Below, one piece after another: positions 55,314-63,868 of a stretch of 64,000 nt of DNA (its first letter is position 1; each line of letters opens with the position of its first letter). The notes beneath the pieces were generated by a model. It was given only the letters and a program-made list of their open reading frames with translations, did not search any database and was not told where the DNA came from. Source of the DNA: an uncultured Acidobacteriota bacterium (GTDB taxonomy: Bacteria > Acidobacteriota > Terriglobia > Terriglobales > Acidobacteriaceae); assembly GCA_963838255.1 (NCBI GenBank), contig CAWIQL010000003.1:197468-261467 (forward strand), read 5' to 3'. The translations under genes were made by a program, and so were the position numbers.

Positions 55314-56177
55314 ATGCTGCGCTTCTTCCGCCTCTTGCGGCTCGCCTTCTGGCGGGCTTTCGTCCACGACGCGTTCGCCACGGCCAAAGCTTCGGCCTAT
55401 TCCATGATCTTTACTTTCTTCCCGGTCCTGCTCATCATCGGCTCGACTCTGGCCAACTGGCGCAAAGGCGCACCCTACCTCCGCGAAATTTCCTACGCTC
55501 TCGGCAGCATCCTGCCCACCGGCGGCAGCACCGCCTTGCTTTTCTTGAAAGGCGCGGCGCAGCATCCCGTCGGCGTAGTCACCACCACCTCAGTCATCAC
55601 CCTGTGGACCGCGTCCGGCGTCATGATTTCCTGGATGGACGGTTTCCGCCGCTGCTATGAACTGCCCAAAACCTGGGGACTCGTGAAAGAGCGCCTCATC
55701 GCTTTCCAGCTGGTAATTTTCGCGCTCATCCCCATGACGTTCTCCACCCTGCTGGTCGCCGTGGGCAGCAAATTCGAGGCGCGCCTTCTGCCTTACGTTG
55801 ATCCCGATTTCAGCCTCTATGTTTTCCTGCTCTGGGGCATGATGCGTTGGCTCATCGCCACGCTCACCAGCATCGCCGTCATTGCCCTCATCTACCATCA
55901 CGCCGTCCCGCGCACTCAGCCCTGGCACAGCGTCATGCCGGGCGCCATGCTCGCGACCGTGCTCTGGTTTTCCACCACAGTCGGCTTTCGCGCCTATCTG
56001 CAGCACTTCGGCAACTTCGCCAACATCTACGGTTCGCTCGGCGCAGCCATGGCGCTGCTGGTATGGATGTACCTGATTTCCCTGGTGATCCTGGTGGGCG
56101 CAGAATTCAATGCCCTGCTGTTCCCCCGAGCCATGCTGGGCAAAGAACTCACGGCCATCAATACGGCGAAGTCCTAA
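55314..56177 (+). CDS. YihY/BrkB-family integral membrane protein
   Basis: ATG at 55314. FATAKASAYSMIFTFFPVLLIIGS...YGSLGAAMALLVWMYLISLVILVGAEFNA is the typical YihY C-terminal motif. Confidence 0.8.
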   Translation: MLRFFRLLRLAFWRAFVHDAFATAKASAYSMIFTFFPVLLIIGSTLANWRKGAPYLREISYALGSILPTGGSTALLFLKGAAQHPVGVVTTTSVITLWTASGVMISWMDGFRRCYELPKTWGLVKERLIAFQLVIFALIPMTFSTLLVAVGSKFEARLLPYVDPDFSLYVFLLWGMMRWLIATLTSIAVIALIYHHAVPRTQPWHSVMPGAMLATVLWFSTTVGFRAYLQHFGNFANIYGSLGAAMALLVWMYLISLVILVGAEFNALLFPRAMLGKELTAINTAKS

Positions 56178-56202
56178 TGACCATCGCAATGACCAATGAT
56201 GA

Positions 56203-56247
56203 TGTGATCCTGAGCGTAGCCGCCTTTCAGGCGAAGCGAAGGATCTC
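56203..56247. repeat. REP-like element, TGT(C/G)ATCCTGAGCG family (copy F4)
   Basis: tgtgatcctgagcgtagccgcctttcaggcgaagcgaaggatctc. Stem gatcc/ggatc. Confidence 0.55.
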
Positions 56248-56374
56248 CCGCTCGCCTAAGTTTCCAGCGAATAATGATGCTAGCGCGGACAATGATAATC
56301 TAACTTTTGCACGGCAGTAAGCCGTGGCGCTGTCCCTGAACTTTCCCAAGGAAAAATAATCGGAGTCGAGGACT

Positions 56375-56824
56375 GTGGAGATTTTCGACAAAACTGGAAA
56401 GTTGATCGCCACCTCGAATCCCCCAGACACGCGCATTTTTGACAATATGGTCATTCACAATGCCATGTTGGCAGATCATGAGCTGGAACGTATTTCTCTC
56501 GACGGCTCCGACTTGCAGGGATCGGACTTCAGTGGGGCGGATCTCTATGGAGCAATTCTCTCTGATTCCAGTTTTGATTCATGCCTGTTCGTCCGAGCGG
56601 ATCTGAGATGTTCGTTTATGTTCAGGGTCAGTTTTCGCAATGCAGACATGCGGGGTGCCCGATTTTCTTTGAACGAGATGGGCGGAGCATTGGTCCTTCG
56701 TGCCGTCGATTTTTCGAAGGCCAATTTAGACGGGGCCGATTTCACGGGGGCACTTTATGACTCAGATACGATCTTCCCAAAAGGATTTAACCCCAAGGAG
56801 AGGGGCTTAAAGCTAACGACCTAA
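56375..56824 (+). CDS. pentapeptide-repeat protein
   Basis: Runs of the A(D/N)LxG type: LDGSDLQGSDFSGADLYGAILSDSSF...FSKANLDGADFTGAL. Confidence 0.8.
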   Translation: MEIFDKTGKLIATSNPPDTRIFDNMVIHNAMLADHELERISLDGSDLQGSDFSGADLYGAILSDSSFDSCLFVRADLRCSFMFRVSFRNADMRGARFSLNEMGGALVLRAVDFSKANLDGADFTGALYDSDTIFPKGFNPKERGLKLTT

Positions 56825-56861
56825 GAATCGCCGTGCGCCAGCCGCAGCAGAAACAGCCCAT

Positions 56862-58388
56862 ATGCCGATAACTATCGAGAAAGAACCCCACCACGCACCG
56901 GGCAGCGCTCCCCGCCGCGCGAAAATCATCTGCACCATCGGACCCGCCTGCAACAATGAAGCGGCCATGCGCGAACTGCTTCGCCTCGGCATGGACATTG
57001 CCCGCCTCAACTTCTCTCACGGCACGCACGAAGATCACGCCCACAACATCCAGCGCCTGCGCCGCGCCGCCGCCCGCGAGTCCCGCACCGTCTGCATCCT
57101 GCAAGACTTGCAAGGCCCGAAGATTCGCACTGGACCGTTAGAGGGCCACGAACCGGTTCTTCTGAAGACCGGCTCCGTCGTAACTATCACGCCGCAAAAC
57201 ATACCTGGCCATGCCACGCGCATCTCCACCACATTCCCTGATCTCGCCCGCGAGCTTCAGCCCGGCGCCCAGATTCTGCTCAGCGACGGTTTGATCGAGC
57301 TCCGCGTAAAATCCGTGCGCGGCAAAGACGTGCTCTGCGACGTCCTCAACGGCGGCTTGCTGGGCGAACACAAAGGCATCAATCTTCCCGGCGTCGCCTT
57401 GTCGATTCCCGCTCTTACAGAAAAAGACCGCAAGGATCTTGAGTTTGGCCTCGAGCACGGCGTCGACGCGATTGCCCTCTCATTCGTCCGCACCGCGGCT
57501 GACATCAAGGAAGCGAAGCAGATCATTGCCGCGCACGGCGGCGACGTCCCCGTCATCGCCAAGCTGGAAAAGCCGCAAGCCATCGATCATCTGGAAGAAA
57601 TTCTTGAAGCCGCCGACGGCGTCATGGTGGCCCGAGGCGATCTCGGCGTCGAGATGGCGCCGGAAAAAGTTCCCGTCATTCAGAAGCACGTCATTCGCCG
57701 CGCCTCCGCCTGGCGCAAGCCCGTCATCACCGCCACCCAGATGCTGGAGTCGATGATCGAAAACCCGCGCCCCACGCGCGCCGAAGCTAGCGATGTCGCC
57801 AACGCCATTTTCGACGGCACCGACGCCGTTATGCTCTCCGCCGAAACCGCCAGCGGCTCCTATCCCCGCGAATCCGTTTCCATCATGTCTCGCATCGTCG
57901 TCGAAGCCGAATGCAACATGGCCGACTTCGTGCAATACCGCCGCCGCCGCGATCATCGCGGACTCTCCGTCGCCGAAACTATCTGCGAATCCATCGCTCA
58001 CGCCGCCGAAGATTTACCCATGGGCGCCATCGCCGTCTTCACCGAGACCGGCAACACCGCCCGCATGATTTCGAAATATCGTCCCAAGGTTCCCATCTTT
58101 GCTTTCACCCACGCCGAACCGATCGTGAATCGCATGAACCTTTACTGGGGAGTGCATCCCGTCCGCTGCCGTCAGGCGCGCTCCGCCGAACAAATGGTCA
58201 CCATGGCCGAGCAGGATCTCGTCTGCCGCGGCCTGCTCAAACCCGGCGACGTTCTCGGCGTTGTTGCCGGCACCCGCCAGGCTTCCGGTTCCACCAACCT
58301 CATGCGCCTGCACGTAGTCACCAGCGAAGAAGCCGAGCGCATCGTTCATCCAACCGCGCCAAATCGAAAGAAGTCCAGGAAACATTAA
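56862..58388 (+). CDS. pyk: pyruvate kinase
   Basis: RRAKIICTIGPACN...ARLNFSHGTHEDH, ...IAKLEKPQAI..., MVARGDLGVEM and ATQMLESM. 508 aa. Confidence 0.95.
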   Translation: MPITIEKEPHHAPGSAPRRAKIICTIGPACNNEAAMRELLRLGMDIARLNFSHGTHEDHAHNIQRLRRAAARESRTVCILQDLQGPKIRTGPLEGHEPVLLKTGSVVTITPQNIPGHATRISTTFPDLARELQPGAQILLSDGLIELRVKSVRGKDVLCDVLNGGLLGEHKGINLPGVALSIPALTEKDRKDLEFGLEHGVDAIALSFVRTAADIKEAKQIIAAHGGDVPVIAKLEKPQAIDHLEEILEAADGVMVARGDLGVEMAPEKVPVIQKHVIRRASAWRKPVITATQMLESMIENPRPTRAEASDVANAIFDGTDAVMLSAETASGSYPRESVSIMSRIVVEAECNMADFVQYRRRRDHRGLSVAETICESIAHAAEDLPMGAIAVFTETGNTARMISKYRPKVPIFAFTHAEPIVNRMNLYWGVHPVRCRQARSAEQMVTMAEQDLVCRGLLKPGDVLGVVAGTRQASGSTNLMRLHVVTSEEAERIVHPTAPNRKKSRKH

Positions 58389-58395
58389 TGTGGCT

Positions 58396-58447
58396 GGGGT
58401 GCCCCATTTCTCGCGAGCTCTTTGCGCGAGAAGTGGGGATTTTTCAC
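58396..58447 (+). repeat. REP hairpin, family B, copy B2
   Basis: ggggtgccccatttctcgcgagctctttgcgcgagaagtggggatttttcac. Confidence 0.7.
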
Positions 58448-58471
58448 CGCCTAACGCTATAATCCCCCCTT

Positions 58472-58774
58472 ATGCCGCCAGAGATACTTTCAGTGGCTGT
58501 CTGGGAACCTGTTCCCGATCACGAATCCGCGTCGCTCGCTACCCTCCGCGAACTCAGCGCCATCCTCGCCTCCAAAGGCTACGGCCGTGACCTGCTTTAC
58601 CGCGACCGCGAGGCGCACTATGTTCTCCTGCGTTATTGGAAGTCCGAAGAGGCCCGTAAGGCCGCGCTCGAAGATCCCGCTATGCAACGCTGCTGGGCGC
58701 GCCTGGGCAACGAAATCCAAATCGTGAAAGTCTATGAAACTCTCACCGAAGTTCCCATCGACATTCCGAAGTAG
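58472..58774 (+). CDS. small ABM-like (antibiotic-biosynthesis-monooxygenase fold) protein, tentative
   Basis: 100 aa. The pattern ...YVLLRYWKSEEARKAALEDPAMQRCW... resembles ABM/dimeric alpha-beta barrel proteins. Confidence 0.45.
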   Translation: MPPEILSVAVWEPVPDHESASLATLRELSAILASKGYGRDLLYRDREAHYVLLRYWKSEEARKAALEDPAMQRCWARLGNEIQIVKVYETLTEVPIDIPK

Positions 58775-58783
58775 TCTTGCTGT

Positions 58784-59239
58784 TCATCCGCAGAACACGC
58801 GCTCCTCGCACCATTTCACTTCGAACGTTCCTTTCAGGGTTTCGCCCCCCTTTAATTGCAGTTCGTAGTGTCCGGATGCGCCGGAGCGTTCGTGATACTT
58901 GTCGAAAACGATCGTGGCGGATTGCGCCAGTTTGCAGTCGCCTTCCTTGACGCAGCGTGCCGCCGAACCAGCATCCGAACCTCCACCGAGCTTGACGACC
59001 TGGCCTTCATGGAGAGGCAGGCCCCGCCAGATCGCAATCGAGATGTAGGGCTCGCTGACTCTTTTGCACTCCGCTGGCTGCGTGGTCAGCCTCATCTCAA
59101 TCGCCGGCCCATCCCATGGCGCACAGGAGCCTTGCATAGTCCCGTAAGAGAAAGGCGGCCCGTCGGAGGCGATTGCCGCAATTGCAGCCAGGGCACAGAC
59201 AAGAGCCCCGACCGTGATGACCTGTCTTGGAGCGCGCAT
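58784..59239 (-). CDS. secreted hypothetical protein
   Basis: 151 aa with signal or anchor MRAPRQVITVGALVCALAAIAAIA and several Cys residues. No family recognised. Confidence 0.55.
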   Translation of the reverse strand: MRAPRQVITVGALVCALAAIAAIASDGPPFSYGTMQGSCAPWDGPAIEMRLTTQPAECKRVSEPYISIAIWRGLPLHEGQVVKLGGGSDAGSAARCVKEGDCKLAQSATIVFDKYHERSGASGHYELQLKGGETLKGTFEVKWCEERVFCG

Positions 59240-59307
59240 ACCGGTTCTCCTTAACGGTTACTGGTTAGACGCTAAGCGCTAGAACGATATCATGTACACT
59301 TCCTGCC

Positions 59308-59354
59308 GGGTGCCCCATTTCTCGCGCACGTTGCGAGAAGTCATGGATTTAAAC
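59308..59354 (+). repeat. REP hairpin, family B, copy B3
   Basis: gggtgccccatttctcgcgcacgttgcgagaagtcatggatttaaac. Confidence 0.65.
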
Positions 59355-59364
59355 TAGCGGAGAT

Positions 59365-60162
59365 ATGCCCGCTTCCATCCGCGCCTTCGCTGACGACGCC
59401 GTCGACCCAAAAGTTCGCGGCCATCTGCATCTTCCCGCCACTCCGAATAACGACGGCCTCGTCCTGACCCACGGCGCGGGATCGAACGCCCAAGCCCCGC
59501 TCCTCGTCGCTCTCGCCGAAACATTCTCCGCCGCCGGATTCACCGTCCTGCGCTGCGACCTTCCTTATCGCCAGATGCGATCCTTCGGCCCACCCGGCCC
59601 TGCCGACGCCGCCCGCGACCGCGCTGGCCTGAAAAACGCCATCGCAGTCCTCAAAAGAGATCTGGGTGCCCCATCCTTGTCCCGCCGTTCTTTGGTGGGA
59701 CAGGGTGGGGATTTTGACTTTCATACAGCCGCAGCGGCAGATTCTCCCCAGAGCGAGCGCGGCGAGTCGAAAGGCCGGATCTTCCTCGGCGGACACTCCT
59801 ACGGAGGACGCCAGTGCAGCATGCTCTGCGCCGAACTCGCAAAGGAAGCTCCAAACGAAACTGCGCTCGTCGCCGCCCTGCTCCTGCTCTCCTATCCGCT
59901 GCATCCCCCGCGCAAGCCCGAGCAGCAACGCACCCAGCATCTCCCCGACCTGCACACTCCCACGCTGTTCGTTCACGGCACCCGCGACCCCCTCGGCACT
60001 ATCGCCGAACTGGAGCAGGCGATAAAGATGATCCCCGCAAAGACAAAGCTGCTGGCCATCGAAGGCGCCGGTCACGACCTGGGATTCAAAGGGAGAAGCA
60101 GAAGCGAAGAACTTCCGAGACAAGTCTTTTCTGAACTCACCAGGTTCCTATCGAACGAATAA
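59365..60162 (+). CDS. alpha/beta hydrolase (COG3571-like) carrying an in-frame REP-derived insertion
   Basis: LVLTHGAGSN...DLPYRQ...FLGGHSYGGRQ...LLLSYPLHPPRKPEQQRTQHL...LFVHGTRDPLG...GAGHDL. 265 aa, against the roughly 210-220 aa I remember for this family. Confidence 0.8.
   Translation: MPASIRAFADDAVDPKVRGHLHLPATPNNDGLVLTHGAGSNAQAPLLVALAETFSAAGFTVLRCDLPYRQMRSFGPPGPADAARDRAGLKNAIAVLKRDLGAPSLSRRSLVGQGGDFDFHTAAAADSPQSERGESKGRIFLGGHSYGGRQCSMLCAELAKEAPNETALVAALLLLSYPLHPPRKPEQQRTQHLPDLHTPTLFVHGTRDPLGTIAELEQAIKMIPAKTKLLAIEGAGHDLGFKGRSRSEELPRQVFSELTRFLSNE
59664..59717 (+). repeat. REP hairpin, family B, copy B4, located inside the hydrolase CDS
   Basis: gggtgccccatccttgtcccgccgttctttggtgggacagggtggggattttgac. 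Same flanks as B2, B3 and B5. It is translated in frame as GAPSLSRRSLVGQGGDFD. Confidence 0.7.
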
Positions 60163-60195
60163 GCATTGCCATCCTGAGTCAAACGAAGGACCTAC
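60163..60195. repeat. REP-like element, ..CCATCCTGAG.. family (copy F5)
   Basis: gcattgccatcctgagtcaaacgaaggacctac. A weaker member of the family. Confidence 0.4.
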
Positions 60196-60294
60196 GAATT
60201 CCTCTCGCGCACTGCGAGCCGCCAAGAACCAGCGTATACTCGCAGCCGCGGTTCCATGGATGAGGAACAGAAGATGAGGGACAGAGGTGCTCCT

Positions 60295-60948
60295 ATGAAG
60301 AAATGGGGCCTGGTCGTAACCCTTTTCTACGGCTTGATTGTCGTAGCGCTGCTCGCGCCCGTTACGCTGATTCTCGCTTCCGATTCTTTCCCCAGCGTGG
60401 CAGGTTTCAAAGAGGCTTACGCCAGCGGAGCGCCGTGGATCTGCGCCATCGTCCTTATGCTCGGAGCCGCTCTTCTCCTCTGGCTCAGTGCCGACACCAC
60501 CCAGAAACGCCTTGAGCCGCGAACCCACATCCTGGTCTCTGCCTTGATGACGGGCCTGCTCACCGCGATTCTGACCGTCGCGATCGCCTTAGCTCTTGGT
60601 TTCGCATTCTGGGGCGACAAACTCTTCCCCAATGACGATCCCGGTGTTGCCGCCATCATCTCCGTTTTTGCGGTTCCATGGCTGTTCTGGGCAATTCTCT
60701 TCTATCGCCTCACCCGCAACTCCAGCGACGCAGCCACCCGCACCATTGCCTGGCTGTTGCGCGGAAGCGTACTCGAACTCCTCATCGCAGTTCCCGCCCA
60801 CGTCATCATGCGCCGCCGCCACGATTGTTCCGCCCCAGCGGTCAACAGCTTCGGCATCGGCACCGGCATCGCTATCATGCTGCTCTCCTTCGGTCCCGGT
60901 GTCCTGTTGCTGTTCAAGAGACGCATGGAAAAACATCCGCCGAAGTAA
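60295..60948 (+). CDS. integral membrane protein, hypothetical
   Basis: ATG at 60295 (the track ORF starts at 60256). 6 hydrophobic helices. No family recognised. Confidence 0.6.
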   Translation: MKKWGLVVTLFYGLIVVALLAPVTLILASDSFPSVAGFKEAYASGAPWICAIVLMLGAALLLWLSADTTQKRLEPRTHILVSALMTGLLTAILTVAIALALGFAFWGDKLFPNDDPGVAAIISVFAVPWLFWAILFYRLTRNSSDAATRTIAWLLRGSVLELLIAVPAHVIMRRRHDCSAPAVNSFGIGTGIAIMLLSFGPGVLLLFKRRMEKHPPK

Positions 60949-61071
60949 CTCGCTTCGTAGAGAGGTTGCTTGCAACGTCTCCCTCGCCAGCACTAGCACC
61001 GCCGGCGGCGAAACATAAATTAATTGTCTAAGAATTGATCCGTGAAAATCCGTGAGATCCGTGGCGCAGCC

Positions 61072-61920
61072 CTAATTCACCCACCCCGACTTCCCGCCCC
61101 CATTCCCCTTGCGCGTGTCGTCATCCGGAGGAATGTAATTCCCGTGCTCGTCGAAGTGTACCTGGCGATCATGCTTCGACATGTAGACTTCAAATTTCTT
61201 CGCCGCCCGCCGCCGTTTCCAGCGGTAATATGAATTCCGCATCCCGTAGTAGCGTTCCGCGAACCCAACATTTACCAGCGCCGGTTTCGGCCCGCGCCGC
61301 ACATACAGCCAGCCAAACAGCAGCCCGCCCAGGTGCGCCACATACGCCACATTGCCGCCCCCCGAAATGGACAACGCCAATTCCACCACGATCAGAATGC
61401 CGATGAAATACTTGCCCTTGATGGCGAACGGGAACGGTATCAGCAGGATCTCACTGTCGGCGAACAAAATCCCAAACGCGATCAGAATGGCGAACACGCC
61501 GCCCGAAGCCCCAATCGTGTGAACGTTCGGGTTTCCCAGCAGATGCGTATATGAAAGTGCAACCGTCGTGATCGCCGCGCCGATTACGCCGATCCAGTAC
61601 AGTTCCAGAAAGCGCCGCGTGCCCCACGCGCCCTCAATCGCCGAGCCGAACATCCAAAGGCCGAACATGTTGCCCAGCAGGTGCCAGAGGCCTTCGTGCA
61701 GCACGCTATACGTTACCAGCTGCCAGATTCGTCCATGGGCCACCACGTCGGCCGGCGTCAACGCGCCGTAGTACCCGATGTATGCCGCTACGATGCCCAG
61801 GTGCAGCATGGGCAGAATCAGCACGAGCAGAAAAACGCCCGTGTTAATCCCCAGCAGCCACACCACCGCCCGCGTAAACGGGGGCAGGCTCAACGTCATC
61901 GGTTCGCCAGTTCGCCGCAC
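61072..61920 (-). CDS. rhomboid-family intramembrane serine protease
   Basis: Contains HEGLWHLLGNM, GASGGVFAIL (catalytic Ser) and AHLGGLLFGW (catalytic His). Basic C-terminal tail. Confidence 0.85.
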   Translation of the reverse strand: MRRTGEPMTLSLPPFTRAVVWLLGINTGVFLLVLILPMLHLGIVAAYIGYYGALTPADVVAHGRIWQLVTYSVLHEGLWHLLGNMFGLWMFGSAIEGAWGTRRFLELYWIGVIGAAITTVALSYTHLLGNPNVHTIGASGGVFAILIAFGILFADSEILLIPFPFAIKGKYFIGILIVVELALSISGGGNVAYVAHLGGLLFGWLYVRRGPKPALVNVGFAERYYGMRNSYYRWKRRRAAKKFEVYMSKHDRQVHFDEHGNYIPPDDDTRKGNGGGKSGWVN

Positions 61921-61954
61921 GAAATTACCTCTTATGCAATTCTACTCGTACTGT

Positions 61955-62000
61955 GGGTGCCCCATGTCTCGCCGATTTTGCGAGACATGGGACTTGTTTC
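61955..62000 (+). repeat. REP hairpin, family B, copy B5
   Basis: gggtgccccatgtctcgccgattttgcgagacatgggacttgtttc. Confidence 0.65.
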
Positions 62001-62009
62001 CGAATCCAC

Positions 62010-63515
62010 TCACTGCTCCGGAACCGGCACCACCGCCAGGCTGCGATGCCCAGCCTTGTCCACGGCTCGCACCGCGAAGATCACATTATCCTTCGAAATC
62101 TTCAGCGCGGCGCGGGTCCCGCCGCCAACATTTTGCGCGTGTTCCCAATCCGGACTGCTCGTCGCCCGCCACAACACTTCATATCCCGCCGCCAGCCCGC
62201 CTGGAGAAGCCTCCCACGTCAGCGTCGAATCATTCTCCAAATCTTTGGCCAGCAAATGCACATTCGCCGGAGGCGCCGGCCCCGCCGCCAACTCTGCCAG
62301 TGTCGCCGCATTCAGCCGCGCCACCCGCGCCACATAGTCGTAGTCTACAAACTTCAGCGTATCTCCATACTCCACGCCGTTCTCCACCCGCACATTCTGA
62401 TGCTGATGATGAAAGTCTTCGCGATACTCCGTAAACCGCACCGCCGCGAACCCTTCCTGATTAAACGAATAATGATCGCCGCCGCGCAAATAACGATCCA
62501 GCCGGAACACCATCATCGGCTGCACTCCTGCGCCGTAGGTCCGGCCAACCTCGGCGATATACCGCGCCAACTCGCGCGATCCAGAATCGCTTTCTCCGCC
62601 GAGCCCGCGAATCCGCCGCAAATCCTGCTCACTTGCCGCTGCCGGCACGCCTTCGGAAAACACTCGCACTACCGAATGGTCTTGCTCGGGACTTTTATCT
62701 CCACCCACAATGTCGTTATTGAGCACCGCCTCCAGATTCCACCCCTGCTCCTTTGTCATCCTTGCGAAATGGTGGCTGCCGTTCAGTCCCTGCTCCTCAC
62801 CCGCGACCGTCAGAAAAACAATCGTCGCCGGAAACTTCATCTTGCTCAGCACGCGCGCGCATTCCAGGCTCACCGCCGTTCCGCTGCCGTCGTCATTCGC
62901 CCCGGGAGCATCGCCACTCACATCCAGGATGTCGCTGTTGCGCGAATCATAGTGCCCGGTCACCAGTACAATGCGTTTCGCATTCTCCGCGTCCATGCCC
63001 TTCAGAACCGCATAAACATTGGTGATTTCGGTGGGCTTCGGGATGCGCCCCTTGGGCTCTTCCGTGAATTCGTCGGTCTTCACTTCCAAACATCCGCCGC
63101 AATCTTTGGAATAGCGCTCGAACTCCGCCTTGATCCACTCCCGCGCCGCGCCAATTCCGTGCCCCGCTGCAATCGATGCCGGATCCTGCGCCGACAGCGT
63201 CGACCGTGTTCCAAAGCTCACCAGCTTTTCAATGTTCGCCTGAATGCGCCGCGCGGAAATCTCCCGCAACGCCGCCGCGATTTGTGGATCAGCGCTCTTA
63301 GAATCGACGGCAGGCGCCGCCTCAGAAGAAGATGGCGTCGAAGCCAAGGCAGGCCATGTGGAGACGGACGCCTTCGCGAGCCTGCCCTGAGCGAAGCCGA
63401 AGGGTCCGGCCAGCGCGAAGCGCGGCCGCAAAGCGCCAAACAACAGACTGTAAACCGTCGCCACCAGCACCGCCGCCGTTGCAGCCTTCGGCCCGATTGT
63501 CTTGAAATGGAGCAT
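62010..63515 (-). CDS. M28-family metallopeptidase with C-terminal Fn3-like domain
   Basis: Contains VLVTGHYDSRNSD, APGANDDGSGTAVSLECARVL and FLTVAGEEQGLNGSHHFA. N-terminal signal or anchor. Confidence 0.85.
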   Translation of the reverse strand: MLHFKTIGPKAATAAVLVATVYSLLFGALRPRFALAGPFGFAQGRLAKASVSTWPALASTPSSSEAAPAVDSKSADPQIAAALREISARRIQANIEKLVSFGTRSTLSAQDPASIAAGHGIGAAREWIKAEFERYSKDCGGCLEVKTDEFTEEPKGRIPKPTEITNVYAVLKGMDAENAKRIVLVTGHYDSRNSDILDVSGDAPGANDDGSGTAVSLECARVLSKMKFPATIVFLTVAGEEQGLNGSHHFARMTKEQGWNLEAVLNNDIVGGDKSPEQDHSVVRVFSEGVPAAASEQDLRRIRGLGGESDSGSRELARYIAEVGRTYGAGVQPMMVFRLDRYLRGGDHYSFNQEGFAAVRFTEYREDFHHQHQNVRVENGVEYGDTLKFVDYDYVARVARLNAATLAELAAGPAPPANVHLLAKDLENDSTLTWEASPGGLAAGYEVLWRATSSPDWEHAQNVGGGTRAALKISKDNVIFAVRAVDKAGHRSLAVVPVPEQ

Positions 63516-63664
63516 GCCTCGATGGTCTCCGTCCAGAAGATTCCCCCCACGGCTCGCAATACCGTTTGCGGGAAATTCTCGCGCCTGCAGGCTTCTCCCC
63601 TTGACCGAACAGCCGCGGAGAATCTAAATATTATCAGGAGGCTCTAATCGGCGAGGGAGGCTTT

Positions 63665-63868
63665 ATGGTTCTGTGCCCCGAATGCGAAACTAATCTGGAT
63701 GTCGATGAAGATGGGCTCGACGAAGGCGAGATGATTTCCTGCCCCGAATGCGGCACCGACTTCGAGGTCATCACCACCAGTCCGCTTGAACTCAAGCCCG
63801 TCGAAGCCGGCTACGTCGAAGAGGACGAAGAAGAAGTCGAGGAGAGCGAAGACGGTGATTTCTCCTGA
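63665..63868 (+). CDS. LysW-like acidic zinc-ribbon protein (non-canonical C-terminus)
   Basis: MVLCPECETNLDVDEDGLDEGEMISCPECGTDFEVITTSPLELKPVE plus an acidic tail. It ends ...EDGDFS rather than the EDWGE ending I remember for LysW. Confidence 0.5.
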   Translation: MVLCPECETNLDVDEDGLDEGEMISCPECGTDFEVITTSPLELKPVEAGYVEEDEEEVEESEDGDFS

